This document shows positions 24,305 through 36,575 of a DNA stretch of 64,000 nucleotides, one piece after another (position 1 is the first letter of the stretch; each line of letters starts with the position of its first letter). The notes under the pieces are model-generated. The model saw only the letters and a program-made list of their open reading frames with translations, was not told where the DNA came from and ran no database searches. Source of the stretch: Naegleria gruberi (Eukaryota); assembly GCA_000004985.1 (NCBI GenBank), contig GG738853.1. One strand, written 5' to 3'. A program made the translations under genes and the position numbers.

Positions 24305-25970
24305 ATGATTCTAAACACTCTCGTGCTATGTTTCGTCTATGTACCTGCTGGATGTCTCTTGTTTGTATCTCTTTTTTTATTAGAAAGATACATACAATAT
24401 AAGAAACTCTGTAAATAGTATGAACACTTGCCAGGTATCACTCAATTCCTTCCACCACAACTTTCCAGTCGTTTACCTAAATGGATCCTTCCTGCTGGTA
24501 TAATTTCTGACCCATACGAAACCCTCAGTCCAGAAACCATTATCAAAACCATCAAGACTGTCAAATGTGATTATTACAAGGTCATTTTTGGAATTATCAA
24601 CTTGCCATTGATTATTGTGGACTCACCTGAATTTTCCAAAGAAGTTGCAACAAAATCTGCAAAACTTTATAAGAAAACTTTCTTTTCCAAGAGAACTTTC
24701 TTGGAATTCTTTTATGGAACGAATGTTTTTGCTGAGGAGGATCATCAGGTTTGGTCTCAACATCGTCAATTAATTGATCAGAGCTTTGTACCATCAAATT
24801 TGAAACTTGTGGCTAAGGTTACTGATCAAGTTATTGAGAAGGATATGATTCCTGCTATTGAATCAAAATTGGAAAAGAGAGATGTTATGGTTGACTTTGC
24901 TAATTTAACAATGGTATGTTTTTAAAGGAATAGATTTTTCTTACAATGATAGGATGTAATTGGACATGCTGCCTTTGGTTATGCTCTTGATTCATTCCAT
25001 TCGAAACCAGGAGAAGAAACTATGGATAAAAAGACAAGTATATTTTTGGAGAAGGCAGATTTTTTGAGAATTATTCCATCAAAATTCTTGAGAATGAATT
25101 TAAGAATTGGTCCAGTTGGTGAGATCCATAGAGTTTGTGATTCATTCAGTGAAGTTATTAAAAAGATTATTGAGAAGAGGGAAAAGACTGGATTGACTGG
25201 AGAAGAGTCAGCTGATGATGCTTTATCTCTCTTATTGAAAGAAAGAAGAAATAATAGAGAGAATTCAACTGGAGGAGGAATTTTAACTGATGAAGAATTG
25301 ATTTCTAATGCTTTCGTATTGCTAGTTGCTGGTAAGTAGGATTTAGACTACTGGTATTTCTAATAATTTTAAAGGACATGAAACTACTGCACGTACTCTT
25401 GGTTTCCTACTGTACCTTCTTTCCAAGAATCCACACATTCAACAAGAACTTCACAATGCTCTGGATAAATTAGTGGAAGAAACAGGAAGAGAAACTTTTG
25501 ATTATTCAGATTACGAAAGTGGAAGATTGGACTATGTCAAGGCAGTTTTTAATGAAACATTGAGATTGGTTCCAGTTGCTTTTGGTATTTTCAGAGAATT
25601 ACCAAAGAAGGTTGAATGTAATGGTGTTTCACTTCCAAAAGATTCAATTGTTGCAGTTTCTTTTGTAAATACTTTGGTCAATGAGAAATATTGGGAAGAT
25701 CCATTAGAATTTAAACCTATGAGATTTATTAAGGATGGTAAATTCCACAATCCTCAAAGTAATCCGTTTGTATTTACTGTTTTTGGAGTTGGTGGAAGAA
25801 TCTGTGCTGGTCGTTACTTTGCTCTTGTGGAAGGAATTTGTGCATTGGCCAAGTTGGCTAGACGTTATTCATTCAAACTTCCAGATCCAAGTCATGTCAT
25901 GAAGGTTGAAATGGCTGTCACACTAAGACCAACAGAAAAACTATTGATTGACTTTGTGCCTCGTAAATAA
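24305..25970 (+). CDS. Cytochrome P450 monooxygenase. Exons are 24305..24364 (tentative), 24419..24913, 24953..25331 and 25375..25970.
   Basis: I-helix 'LLVAG|HETTAR', K-helix 'ETLRL', and heme loop 'FGVGGRICAGRYFA' (FxxGxRxCxG). The splices are GTATGT...GATAG (39 nt) and GTAAGT...TTAAAG (43 nt), both phase-correct. Exon 1 encodes a signal anchor, 'MILNTLVLCFVYVPAGCLLF'. It is joined through a 54-nt intron (GTATCT...AATAG) that removes an in-frame TAG. Confidence 0.8.
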
Positions 25971-25977
25971 AAATGAT

Positions 25978-27258
25978 TTATTGGAACATTTTATTAAACA
26001 TTGCCTTTTCCTTCTTTGTTTGTTCAGCAATGGCATTGTTGATCTTGACCAAGAATGATTTAGCAGAGGCAAGTAATTGGATTTGAGTTTCTTCAGTTAC
26101 ATTGGCACAAACTTCAACACATTGTTCGAGAGTAGTCTTGGATTCTTCAAGTTCTCCAAGAGATTGATAAGATTGAGCCTTTCTATAGTATGCCTTAATG
26201 TTTTCTCTATCAACATCCAAAACTTTGTTACATTCATCGATGGCAAACTTCCAGTTTGATTGTTTGACATAGATGGCTCCCAAATTGCTGTGACATGAAG
26301 AAATAATTTGAGCTCTCTTCTTCTTTTGATCTTCTGGTTCATCGTCTGGCTTTTCATCTTCAATGAATCTCAAAGCTCTTTCGTATCTCTTCTTGGCGAG
26401 TTCAAGTCTATTCTTCTTGAAAAGTTCATTACCTTGTTCCTTCTTTGATTCGGCAAGATTCAACTTTTCGAGAGCTTCTATTTCCCAAGCATTCTTTTCA
26501 TTTTCGATGGCTGTCACGGTTACTTCCATTTTAACGGTATGAGTGCCCTTAATCAATTCAGTTTCGAAAACCTTCTTGAATTCAGCAGTGTGACCAGTGT
26601 ATTCAAGATATTTACAAGGTCTGAAATGTGTAACAGTAAAGATTGCCTTTTCATTCAATTTCATTGAACCAACAGCATCTTCCACAAATCCAACAACATT
26701 TTCATCTCCAAAAACAAGGGTAACATTATCACGTTGTTCCAAAACTTGTTCCCCTTCATAGATCTTATAATTACAAACAGCAGTAGCACCTTCTTCCTCA
26801 GCATTTCTCCATCCTTCTCCTTTTGACAAAACTTTCTTTGTAATACCTTGAGTAACTTCCATTTCATCATTAAAATCAAGCAATTCAACTTCGAAATTCA
26901 AGGTACTATTTGGTGGAATAGATGGTGGAGAACCACTCTTACCATAAGCATATTCTGGTTTCAATGTGAAAAGAGCAAGTTCACCTCTTTTCATTGTGGC
27001 AACACCTTCATCCCAACCTTTTATAACTTGTCCTTCACCAATCTTGAATTTGAAAGGTTCATTTCTATCTCTACTACTATCAAACTTGTTACCATTACTA
27101 GCCAATGTACCATGATAGTGAACAGTAACTTCGGAACCACTTGGTGGTGTATCCACTTGATCTTCAGGTGCAAATCTGAGAATCTTTTTAATAATACCAC
27201 CATCACCCAAAACATCAACAATACTTTGATCATTCATGACAATATCTTCGGAGGACAT
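25978..27258 (-). CDS. FKBP-type peptidyl-prolyl isomerase with two FKBP domains and a C-terminal TPR domain (FKBP4/5/52-like immunophilin)
   Basis: '[61 protein letters not shown]' has the FKBP signature. A second FKBP-like repeat follows. The TPR region reads '[11 protein letters not shown]...[37 protein letters not shown]'. It is a single exon. Confidence 0.85.
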   Translation of the reverse strand: MSSEDIVMNDQSIVDVLGDGGIIKKILRFAPEDQVDTPPSGSEVTVHYHGTLASNGNKFDSSRDRNEPFKFKIGEGQVIKGWDEGVATMKRGELALFTLKPEYAYGKSGSPPSIPPNSTLNFEVELLDFNDEMEVTQGITKKVLSKGEGWRNAEEEGATAVCNYKIYEGEQVLEQRDNVTLVFGDENVVGFVEDAVGSMKLNEKAIFTVTHFRPCKYLEYTGHTAEFKKVFETELIKGTHTVKMEVTVTAIENEKNAWEIEALEKLNLAESKKEQGNELFKKNRLELAKKRYERALRFIEDEKPDDEPEDQKKKRAQIISSCHSNLGAIYVKQSNWKFAIDECNKVLDVDRENIKAYYRKAQSYQSLGELEESKTTLEQCVEVCANVTEETQIQLLASAKSFLVKINNAIAEQTKKEKAMFNKMFQ

Positions 27259-27498
27259 TTTCTATGATTTAATTGATTAAATTGAAGAATAAATAAAGGA
27301 TTAATTGTGTTGTATTTTTTTTGATTAAAATTCCGAATTTTTCATCACAACTTTTTAAATAGTTTTTCGGAATTTCTAGTTCATCAACATTCCGAAAAAC
27401 TTTCAGCTTCATCATATCTTGGAAGAAGTTTTCATAGAGAAATAATTCCCTGTAATTGATTTGTAGCCAGTAATTTGATTCAATAAGATTTGTAAAAA

Positions 27499-28602
27499 AT
27501 GTCTCGATCGAATCAATTTCCAAAGAATTTTCAAACAATTGTTGATGAAATTAAAATTGATAATCAATTTAAATTAATTGAATTAACAAATTCTAACAAG
27601 GAAATTCATATTCTCGATGTTCAAATTACCTTTTGCAATTTATTTGTCTTATTCGGAGCTGTGAAAAATCAATCCAATGATGAAACTCTTATTGTTCAAA
27701 ATTTAAAAACAAGAGAAGAGGAAATTGTTGAATGGAAAGTAATTGAAAACCCAATGGAAATTAAGAAAATACTTCGAATGCAAACTCATATGAATTATGG
27801 ATTATTGTTATTGATTGAAAAGAGGAATGGAAGATTTGCAATTTATTATATTGATGAAGAATTGATGAAATTTGTGGAATTGTGTGAAATAGAATTGGAG
27901 AATGTGAAGGATTTTGCAATTTCTACATTTCAGGTGAATGGTTTGATTGGATTATTGGTCAATCAGAAGAATGAACTGTTTAAATTCTCAATTCTAGATC
28001 AAAATGTTCAAAATATTGAAAAACTGACCATTGAAACATCTGCTACCATTTGTTCACTCAATTCTGGTGCCTATCACTTTACCATTCTCGATCAAGATGG
28101 TTCAGTATTTTGTTTTGGAAATAATTCTTATATGCAATGTGGAATTTCGCATGAAACCTATGATGACAAGATTGACTTTCCCAGATTTATTGAGGAGAGA
28201 CCTCTTCCTTTGGAAATTCTTAGAGGAGACGTTCAAATAAGAAAGACATGCTGCGGAGCATCCCACACCTTGCTATTGAGCCAAGATAATTGTCTCTATG
28301 TTATGGGAAGTAACAATGAAAATCAATGTGGTTTCATTGGTGAGGAAAAGTTTCTTCCTGGGCCAGTTCTATTGGAAAGTAATGAAGAAGAAGCTTTAGA
28401 AGAGAGAATTTTGGATGCTTGTTGTGGTCCCAACTATTCTGTCATTCTAGTAGAAGGAATGAAAGATGAAACTTTCAATCATATTCTCGTTTCAGGAAAA
28501 CGTTTAGGATTCAACAAACTTGACAAATTCAAGAAATTGAAAACAACAAATGCAACGAGAATTTACTGTAGCTCAATGGGCTCTTTCATTGTAACATGTT
28601 AA
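27499..28602 (+). CDS. RCC1-repeat (regulator of chromosome condensation-like) protein
   Basis: The C-terminal half has RCC1 blades: 'GAYHFTILDQDGSVFCFGNNSYMQCG' and 'CCGASHTLLLSQDNCLYVMGSNNENQCGF'. The N-terminal half is unassigned. Confidence 0.5.
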   Translation: MSRSNQFPKNFQTIVDEIKIDNQFKLIELTNSNKEIHILDVQITFCNLFVLFGAVKNQSNDETLIVQNLKTREEEIVEWKVIENPMEIKKILRMQTHMNYGLLLLIEKRNGRFAIYYIDEELMKFVELCEIELENVKDFAISTFQVNGLIGLLVNQKNELFKFSILDQNVQNIEKLTIETSATICSLNSGAYHFTILDQDGSVFCFGNNSYMQCGISHETYDDKIDFPRFIEERPLPLEILRGDVQIRKTCCGASHTLLLSQDNCLYVMGSNNENQCGFIGEEKFLPGPVLLESNEEEALEERILDACCGPNYSVILVEGMKDETFNHILVSGKRLGFNKLDKFKKLKTTNATRIYCSSMGSFIVTC

Positions 28603-28681
28603 TCTGTCCAATGGTGATGACGATGATCATTCAAATTCAATCTGTATCCATCACAAATTAACACATTAACACTTTAAAAAA

Positions 28682-29761
28682 ATGGCTCAAATAGAATCTC
28701 TGCCAACTGACATGATTTTTCACATGATGCAGTTTTGTGATTTTGATGAGATGAATTCCGTCATGATGGTATCCAGTGAATGGTTTAGAACTTCACTCAA
28801 TTTTAAATTTGACAAACAATTTGGCTCATACGGTTATGAGAAAGATATTGATGAAAGTAATAGAAAATTTAAGGAATTATCGGATCTTACCTCATCACTA
28901 TTAATCAACTCACTCTATATTCATGGTCGTGTATCTGATGAGATGATTACAATTTTTTCAAAATCACAAAATTTGATAAATTTAACTAAATTGAACATTA
29001 GAGATTGGGATGATAAAATTAATGTAGAACCCTTGTTTAGTGGAATGGTATTGAAGAATTTAACCGAGTTAGATATTGATAGAGTGAGAATTGGAGATGA
29101 AGGATTCAAAGCATTGAGCAAGAGTTCATACATTAAGAATTTGACATATTTAAGAGCTTTTTGGGCTGGACATTCATATTTGGCTGCTAAATATGTTGCA
29201 GAAAGTGAAAACTTTTCAAATTTAACATTTCTTGATCTGAGTAATTTGTATGAAAACCCTGTTGAAGGAGTGAGATGTATGTGTCAAAGTCCATTTCTAT
29301 CAAATTTGAAACATATTGGACTTTCTCATTTTGCCAATGATGATGTTATGAAATTATTAGAAGAAAGTAATTATTTGACTAAATTAGAAACCATAATGTT
29401 GGATAGAGGAGATTTTACACTTGAACCATTCAAACTATTCCTCAACAGTAATAATGCAAAGAATTTAACTGATCTATACTTTGAATATACTGAATTGGGT
29501 GTTGAAGGTGTAAAGATTATTGCAGAATGCCCAAACATGATAAATTTGAAATGTTTAGACATTACCCACGCATATGTTGGAGATGAGGGTGCAAGATACA
29601 TTATAGAGAGCAAGTATTTGAAGAATTTGACGCAGCTTGAGTATTATCCAAACGATCCTTATTATGAATATTATGAAGGAGAAAATTTTAGTGAGGAAAT
29701 GAGGCTGTCTATTGAGAGATTTCTTACATCAAACATTAATAGACATTATGAACAAAATTAA
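28682..29761 (+). CDS. F-box-like / leucine-rich-repeat (RNI-type) protein
   Basis: The N-terminus 'LPTDMIFHMMQFCDFDEMNSVMMVSSEWF' is F-box-like. After it come about 8 LRRs of the 'KNLTxLxI...IGDEGxKxL' type. Confidence 0.55.
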   Translation: MAQIESLPTDMIFHMMQFCDFDEMNSVMMVSSEWFRTSLNFKFDKQFGSYGYEKDIDESNRKFKELSDLTSSLLINSLYIHGRVSDEMITIFSKSQNLINLTKLNIRDWDDKINVEPLFSGMVLKNLTELDIDRVRIGDEGFKALSKSSYIKNLTYLRAFWAGHSYLAAKYVAESENFSNLTFLDLSNLYENPVEGVRCMCQSPFLSNLKHIGLSHFANDDVMKLLEESNYLTKLETIMLDRGDFTLEPFKLFLNSNNAKNLTDLYFEYTELGVEGVKIIAECPNMINLKCLDITHAYVGDEGARYIIESKYLKNLTQLEYYPNDPYYEYYEGENFSEEMRLSIERFLTSNINRHYEQN

Positions 29762-30119
29762 AGATCATGCAAAGATTTCTACATTGATTTTGTTAATGCA
29801 ATATGTTATTGTAGTTGAGTTGAACATGAAGTATTGACAGAATTATTGACAGACGGATAGAAGACCAGTGAGCGTTTACAACCATAGATAGAGTTTTAAT
29901 GTAGTCAAGTAAGGAAATGAGTCTATTGAGATTTCTCAATGAATTTGTTTACTTCCTTGTGTTTAAATTCTCAAAGAGGTAATGATGCAGTTTGATAATT
30001 AAAATCTATTAATGAAAGTGTTGAAAAATTGGGTTTTATGCTGCAAGTGAAGAGTCGGGATTGAAACAGTACTTGTTTGGCATTCACAAATCTCTTGTCA
30101 AAAAATTCAAACACAAAAA

Positions 30120-30365
30120 ATGTCATCCTCACCTTCTGATCAACAACAACCAACACAACAAACTCTCACAGTCAAAACAGATACAGCTACCTATGCAAGT
30201 CCTCTCATAAATAAATACAAGGAATCAGAAGACCACGAAGAAAATACCTTTGGAGATATCCCAGAAAATCATCACGTTCGTATGAGAAGTATTTTCAATC
30301 ATGATGTGGCAACATTGACTTTGGATGAAGACTGGTCCGATGATTTGGAAAACGAAAAACACTAA
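30120..30365 (+). CDS. Small acidic hypothetical protein (81 aa)
   Basis: The ORF sits in an intergenic slot with an A-rich leader. I find no homology, and coding status is uncertain. Confidence 0.25.
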   Translation: MSSSPSDQQQPTQQTLTVKTDTATYASPLINKYKESEDHEENTFGDIPENHHVRMRSIFNHDVATLTLDEDWSDDLENEKH

Positions 30366-30440
30366 CTTATCAATGTGTTTCCAATAAGTTGCGAACACAA
30401 AATAATACAAATCGAATGTACATAATAAATGTAAAATAAT

Positions 30441-32812
30441 TTACTTCTTTTTTGGAGGTTTCACAACAGGGAATTGGGAAGAAATTGAAAAATCAAAGAA
30501 TGGTGTTTGACTTGTTTGAGTTTCGTCTTTTGGAACCCTCGAACAAACAACCACTGAAACTGCATTAGTCTTGGCTACTTTCAATAATAATTCTAAAGAT
30601 TGTTTTTCGGATGGTGAAAGTTTGATATCTTGTTTCAAAACCATATCAATGGCCTTTTGTGTTGCCTCGAAATGATCTTTGGCAGAATCAAACAAATCCT
30701 TTTCACCAACAAATGATAAATCATTAGCTCTAGTATATGATTCAAAACTAACTGGTGGAGGTTGCATAGTATTGAAGAATGCTCTAAATCTGTTCGTAAA
30801 ACGAAGTTCGTCTGATGTGAGTGGATAATCAGTTTCTGCACTAATGTTAGTGTAAAGTCCTTTCTTATGCATGGCCATAAGGAACTGTTTGATGGTTTAC
30901 AATTAGATAATTATTAGAAAAATTAGATTCATATTACAACTTACTCTAAATAATCCTCTGTAGAATAAATTGTGAACTTCTGTTAAGGTTCTAGCATATA
31001 ATTGATATCTATTCAAATTGACTGGACCAGATTTTTTCTTTTTAACATCGGTAAACAATTTGGCCAGATTAGAACTTCTAATCTTTGTAATGTAGTCAAT
31101 ATACCAAGCAACTTGCACAATTTCTGTATGATGATAGATATCCAAATCAAAGCCAACTACCAAAGTTTGATGCATAATGTCAATAATGTAATCAATCATG
31201 AAGAGTGAGAATGAGAATAGCTATCACTCTTTCTAACTAATTCTATATTATTAACATCAATTCCAATCCAGGTAACATCAATTTGTTCTGCTCGTTGTTC
31301 AGCCAATCCTAGGTCAGCAATACAGTTATTGAAAATTCTTCTCAATCTCGACTTGTTATTACAATAAGCATTCAATATTTTCTGTATTATGTGGGAAAGA
31401 GCAGCAAGCCATTCTTGATACAATCTATCAGGAGTCTTCTTTTGCTTTTTGATTTCCTGGGCATGTTTTTCGGTAAGACAAATCACTTCAGTTTCTAAAT
31501 GCTTTTCAATCCAATCACCAAGCTTGTGCTTTCCAAAGATTAAATCATCCTGGAGTGTAGTATAGTAAAGGAAAGCTCTAGAAACAACAGAGTTTTCTGC
31601 TTTCTTTGAGAAGGAGAAATTTCTGAAAAAGTGCAATAATTGACTGAGACTTTGGACTTGTCTAACTCCCAAAACGTAATTCATTTCATTTAAATAGTTT
31701 GTAGCAATCTCGAGTGACGTCTCCATACTGAAAATTTCAATAGCTTTAAGTGGAGAGATGTAATTTCCAATCAAGGCAATATGTTTATCGAATCCAACAC
31801 TATGACTATTTAATTCCAATAATGTATTTTCATCCTTAATTTGTGTAAATAGAGCAAGACAAGTTGTAATTGATTTTTTACAATTGTTAACTTGTGGTGA
31901 AACAACACTAATCATTGAACTATGAATAATCAAGAAATTCTTTAAAGCATTAATAAATATGTATCTGCTAAACAAACCTTGATAAATGAAATTCTAGACA
32001 GCAATGCCTTTACAATAGTTTCCTCAATAGCACCATCTTCTTGAATTGGCTCAAAGACAACTTGTGTACTCTTTTTTGTTAAATAATCCAAACGAGAGCC
32101 AAGTTCCTTTTCCAAACTCTCCAATCGTTCCATAACAATCGATTCCTTCTCTGCTACAACTCTCAATCCACATGAATCATAGGAGAACTCCTCTTGTTCT
32201 CTACACAAAGCTTTTGACATGACAATTTCCAATTTTTCCTTGACAGATAACACACCACAAGCAAGTGCATGGAAATATTTAACAATATTCTTTCTATCTT
32301 CATAGCTACTTGCTTCCGAGACATGATCCATATGGTGAATATATTCACAAGTTAAAATTGATTGAATCAATGACCATCCTTCATACCAAGTAAACTATTT
32401 TCCAAATATATTAACAAATTAATTTGAACATGATGATGATAATATTTAAATGTAAGCAATTAATCAACAATTAACATCAACAACTTACCACTCCACATAA
32501 TAACTTATCCATCATGAATAAAATTTGTTTAATATTCAAGGTAGAAATAGGCTTGATAATTCCTTTTGAAAGTCTATCCTTTGGCCAATAAATATATTCC
32601 TTGTTAGGTCCATTGAGAAAAGTATCCATCTTTTCATCTCCCATCTCTGTTGCACTCAAAATATCATATAAATTAAATCCTGGTCCGTGAACCATCTCTC
32701 CCTCCTCGAATTCATCTTTTGTTGTATCACGGAGGAATTGTGTTACGTCCCTCCACTTACTACTTTCCAGAATTTCTTGTGAAGTTTTTGGTGGATTGTT
32801 TGTTGTGCTCAT
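30441..32812 (-). CDS. naa35: N-alpha-acetyltransferase 35 (NatC auxiliary subunit MAK10/NAA35), about 5 exons. Exon 1 is 32812..32489, exon 2 is 32394..~31978, and further exons follow down to the last exon ~30880..30441.
   Basis: 'EGEMVHGPGFNLYDILSATEMGDEKMD' matches '[27 protein letters not shown]'. 'CGV|FTWYEGWSLIQSILTCEYIHHMDH' matches '[25 protein letters not shown]'. The C-terminus 'RFRAFFNTMQPPPVSFESY...LLKVAKTNAV...FDFSISSQFPVVK' matches human 'RFAPFNSVMTPPPVHYLQF...ILKVAKPNFV...FDFSAHKYFPVVK'. The first intron (GTAAGT...AATAG, 94 nt) is secure. The internal mini-introns of 35-38 nt are tentative. Confidence 0.75.
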
Positions 32813-32952
32813 TTTTTTTAATTTTACTTTTAATTGTGTTGTGGAAATTGTTTAATTATTAAAAATTGATTGAGGTGAAGAAATGGTGATTTGTTGGGTG
32901 GAAAGAATAAGTGCTCGAGAGGGAATGTTATTTTTTGGGAGAGTTTGAATCA

Positions 32953-33848
32953 TTAGTGGAGATGTGAAGAGTTCTTAATTAAATTCCAAACGTTGATAGA
33001 GTTTGAGAGCAATTTGTAATAAAACAGCAGTGGTCGAACAGCATATTGACCTAGCAGTGTACTCTTTGAGAGCTCTTCTATAACATTTCGAGGAAATGGA
33101 GCTATTGTCTTGAATATAATAGCCTCAACATCCTATAATTGGTAAATATATTAAGAGATTGAAACATTCAAACACTCACCTTCACATGTGTCAACTCCTT
33201 CTCCATTGAAATGGTCATGATAGAGTCCTGTCTTATTTTACTGGCATGCACCAATGTATGATCGAAAAACACATTTCCCGATGAAAGCATAACCAATCTA
33301 TAACTCAGGTTTTCATTTGAATATTCCATAAACTTTCCAATTGTTAATTCCGTTTCAATAATCCTAATCTTGACTTTTTCTTTGGACTGCAATAAACTTC
33401 TAATTGCGAGATTGTGTCGTTTATCCCTTTGAAGAAAATGATATTCACAAACAAAAGGATTCCATAAATTCATTTGAATGGTAGTTAATAAATCGTCAAG
33501 TTGATGTGCATCCTCCACATGTAATTGGCTCACCATGATGATACATGGATTGTAAGCATCTCCAGTCCTTATATCTTGCGAGATTTTCCTCACACTTTTT
33601 AGCATACTGTTATCTTCTTCACTTATTGGTATGTGCTTTGAATTTTCAATGGCATGTGGATTTATAATTGAGTTGTCTGTCACAGAAGTGATTGGATTTG
33701 TGTTCTGCTGATGTGAATAGATGACTTTCATAGAATAAATTACCAGCGAGACAGCTATCGTCGAAAGGATAATAAGGTTTAACAGTATAATTTTCTTTGC
33801 TGATTTCATTGTTGTTGAATAAGTTACTATTGGTTTTATTATGAGCAC
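32953..33848 (-). CDS. Hypothetical type II membrane protein with an N-terminal signal anchor, possibly a Golgi glycosyltransferase-like protein. Exons are 33848..33180 and 33132..32953.
   Basis: The N-terminus has one TM, 'IILLNLIILSTIAVSLVIYS'. GTGAGT at 33179 and ATTATAG at 33133 define a 47-nt intron, and the splice is in phase (…THVK|DVEAIIFK…). I recognise no family. Confidence 0.45.
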
Positions 33849-34319
33849 AATTTTTTCAATATGTTAACATAGACTTTGAACAAAAGCACTCCAAGGTTAT
33901 CCGTTGTGGTAAATGATCTGGAAATGTCACCGACTCTCACACTATAATATATGTCAAAATAAATCTATTCGGAGTTTCAATAAGAAATAAGCAGTTGGAT
34001 GGACTGCAACTGTAACCGAGTTAGTATCGAGTAACTTGTGTATGGAACAAATAGGAAGCAGGTCTAAGTTTGTCTGGCCAATACCATGGAAATTCTTAGA
34101 TAACATGAGAAGGAGTAATAACCATGGCCATTTAAGGCAATCTATTTACTGAAGAATCAAACGAAACTGCTTCCTTTTTGCTGTTAGAAACAGTTCCATT
34201 TCATGTTTTGGCAATACCCTGATATTAGATGTTTGTTTAGTGGTCTCATTAGCATTTAATCCACTGTAAAATCTTTACCAAATCGATCTCAAGTTTATTG
34301 ATAAAACTTTATGAATAAT

Positions 34320-36047
34320 TTAATATGATCTACCGAACAAAGCCCACTTGTTTGGCTTTCTGTCAGATAATTCTGGACAGAAGACTTCACAATCACCCAA
34401 TGATGGATAAATAGATTGATCAAGAGGAACACACAATGACTTGGCAGCACCAGTCAATCCAGTGTTAGAATCAGAATCACTCAACATGGCGCTTTCCTTC
34501 TTGGATCTTTCCTTAATGTATTCTTCAGCCTTCTTTTCTTCTTCAATCTTGGCATCATATTCCTTACGTTCTTCTTCAGAGAGATCTTCCAAAACAACAT
34601 CATCTTTGTGAGTTTGACGCCATGGAATCAAAACTAAATTACCAGCATTGAGGGCAGTCATGAATTCTTCCCAAGTCCTAGCAACAGAAATTCTTTGATT
34701 TCTTACTTCTCTAGCCTTTTCCAACATGGAATTGTGAATCTTGTCCAAAATCTCATTGACGTATTGAGCAGTAAGTTGTTCAAGAGGAACTGACCATTTT
34801 TCACCATTATCTCTTCTACAAAGCATAGCTACACCATTTTCCAAATCCTTTGGACCAATTTCGATTCTCAAAGGAACACCACGAAGTTCCCAATAATTGT
34901 ACTTCCAACCTGGAGTCTTTTCCAAACGATCATCAAGCTTGATACGAACTCCATTTTCTTCAAGTTGAGCGAAAATTGTCTTTGACTTTGTTTCCAATTC
35001 ACTATTATCCTTATTCTTAAAGTAGAGAGGAATGAGAACAACTTGAGTGAAAGCAACTCTTGGTGGCAAGACCATACCCTTGTCATCACCGTGGACCATG
35101 ATCATAACACCCAATGAACGAGTTGACAAACCCCATGAATTTTGATAGACGAGCTTACTCTTCTTATCTTCAGCTTCGAATTCAATCTTGAACATTCTAG
35201 AGAAGTTTTGACCTAAGTGGTGACTTGTGGCAGCTTGAACAGCTCTACCATTTGTTGGAATGAAAGCTTCAATAGTTGTTGTAAAATCGGCTCCAGCAAA
35301 CTTTTCAGCTTCAGTCTTCTTACCCTTAATGACTGGAACAGCCAAAATTTCTTCATAAGTTCTCTTGTACAATTCCAAAATATCATAAACTTCAGTTTTA
35401 GCTTGTTCGAAATTCTTGAAAGCACTGTGACCTTCTTGCCAGTAGAATTCTCTTGATCTAATGAAAGGAACGGCATGTTTGAATTCCCATCTAACAACGT
35501 TGGTCCATTGGTTCAATTTTAATGGCAAATCTCTGTGAGACTTAATCCACTTGGCATATGATGGATACATAATAGTTTCGGAAGTTGGTCTCAAAGCGAT
35601 TGGTTCATCCAAATCAGAGTTACCAGACTTTGTAACCCAAGCAACTTCTGGGGAGAATCCTTCAACGTGATCCTTTTCAGTTTCGAGAGCTCTCTTGGTA
35701 ACAAACATTGGGAACATTACGTTTTGAACGCCCAACTTTTTAATGTGACCATCAAAGAAGTTTTGTACCTTTTCCCAGACATAGAAACAATTTGGTCTAA
35801 AGATATAACATCCACTGACTTCATAGTAATCAAGGAAATCACTCTTGGTGATAACTTGAGTATACCATTCAGAGAAGTTTTCAGCCTTCTTGACATCAAC
35901 ACCTTCGTTTTGTTTGTTTCCGGCAGCTGAAGATCCTTGTTGTTGTTTTGGAGCCTTTGGTTCTTTTGGTGGTTTGACCTTCTTTTCTCTTGGTTGCTTT
36001 TGAACAGTTTCAGCAACTGGAGTTTCTTGTTGTGGTGAATCAGACAT
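34320..36047 (-). CDS. Prolyl-tRNA synthetase (class II, eukaryote/archaeal type) with a lysine-rich N-terminal extension
   Basis: The class II motifs and anticodon-binding region are present, and the C-terminus reads '...NKWALFGRSY' (the ProRS zinc-binding C-terminal domain). It is one 575-aa exon. Confidence 0.9.
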   Translation of the reverse strand: MSDSPQQETPVAETVQKQPREKKVKPPKEPKAPKQQQGSSAAGNKQNEGVDVKKAENFSEWYTQVITKSDFLDYYEVSGCYIFRPNCFYVWEKVQNFFDGHIKKLGVQNVMFPMFVTKRALETEKDHVEGFSPEVAWVTKSGNSDLDEPIALRPTSETIMYPSYAKWIKSHRDLPLKLNQWTNVVRWEFKHAVPFIRSREFYWQEGHSAFKNFEQAKTEVYDILELYKRTYEEILAVPVIKGKKTEAEKFAGADFTTTIEAFIPTNGRAVQAATSHHLGQNFSRMFKIEFEAEDKKSKLVYQNSWGLSTRSLGVMIMVHGDDKGMVLPPRVAFTQVVLIPLYFKNKDNSELETKSKTIFAQLEENGVRIKLDDRLEKTPGWKYNYWELRGVPLRIEIGPKDLENGVAMLCRRDNGEKWSVPLEQLTAQYVNEILDKIHNSMLEKAREVRNQRISVARTWEEFMTALNAGNLVLIPWRQTHKDDVVLEDLSEEERKEYDAKIEEEKKAEEYIKERSKKESAMLSDSDSNTGLTGAAKSLCVPLDQSIYPSLGDCEVFCPELSDRKPNKWALFGRSY

Positions 36048-36575
36048 CTGTGATGATGAAAAATATTTTTTTTTTAAAGATGATTTTAGTTTTTTGAAGA
36101 GGAAAATTTAAATAGTCACGATCAACTTTTATATTATTACACAATGAATTCAATATATTGGCAAAATAATATTATTAGTGGTTTGTGGTCTTTAGAAATA
36201 GCACATACTATGCAAATTAAAATCCCTATTTGAAGTCGGGTTTGGTGCAAATTTGAATTTCTTGTTGGAATTTGAAGCAAATTGAAGGCTTGTGACTCAG
36301 CTCATTTTTAAATTGCTTGGAACTAATAATAAGTAATACAACATTGTACGTTTGATGAGCTATCATGGATATCAAAGAACAATTATTGACTCTACATTGC
36401 TATCATTATTTCGAATCAAAGAAGCGTCGATGATCGTCAATACGAGCAATTATTGGTGTAATGAAAAGGTAATTTTTTCTCCAATCCAAAAACGACCATT
36501 TGTAAGAGTCAACCACTTGCGATCCCAATTTGTACATAAATCAGTACAAGAATTTATAAAAGTCAAACTTAAAAA
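36048..36575. promoter_or_regulatory. Divergent promoter region shared by ProRS (-) and the small mitochondrial-like protein gene (+)
   Basis: The two start codons face away from each other 528 bp apart. The region is A/T-rich with oligo(dT)/(dA) tracts. Confidence 0.35.
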
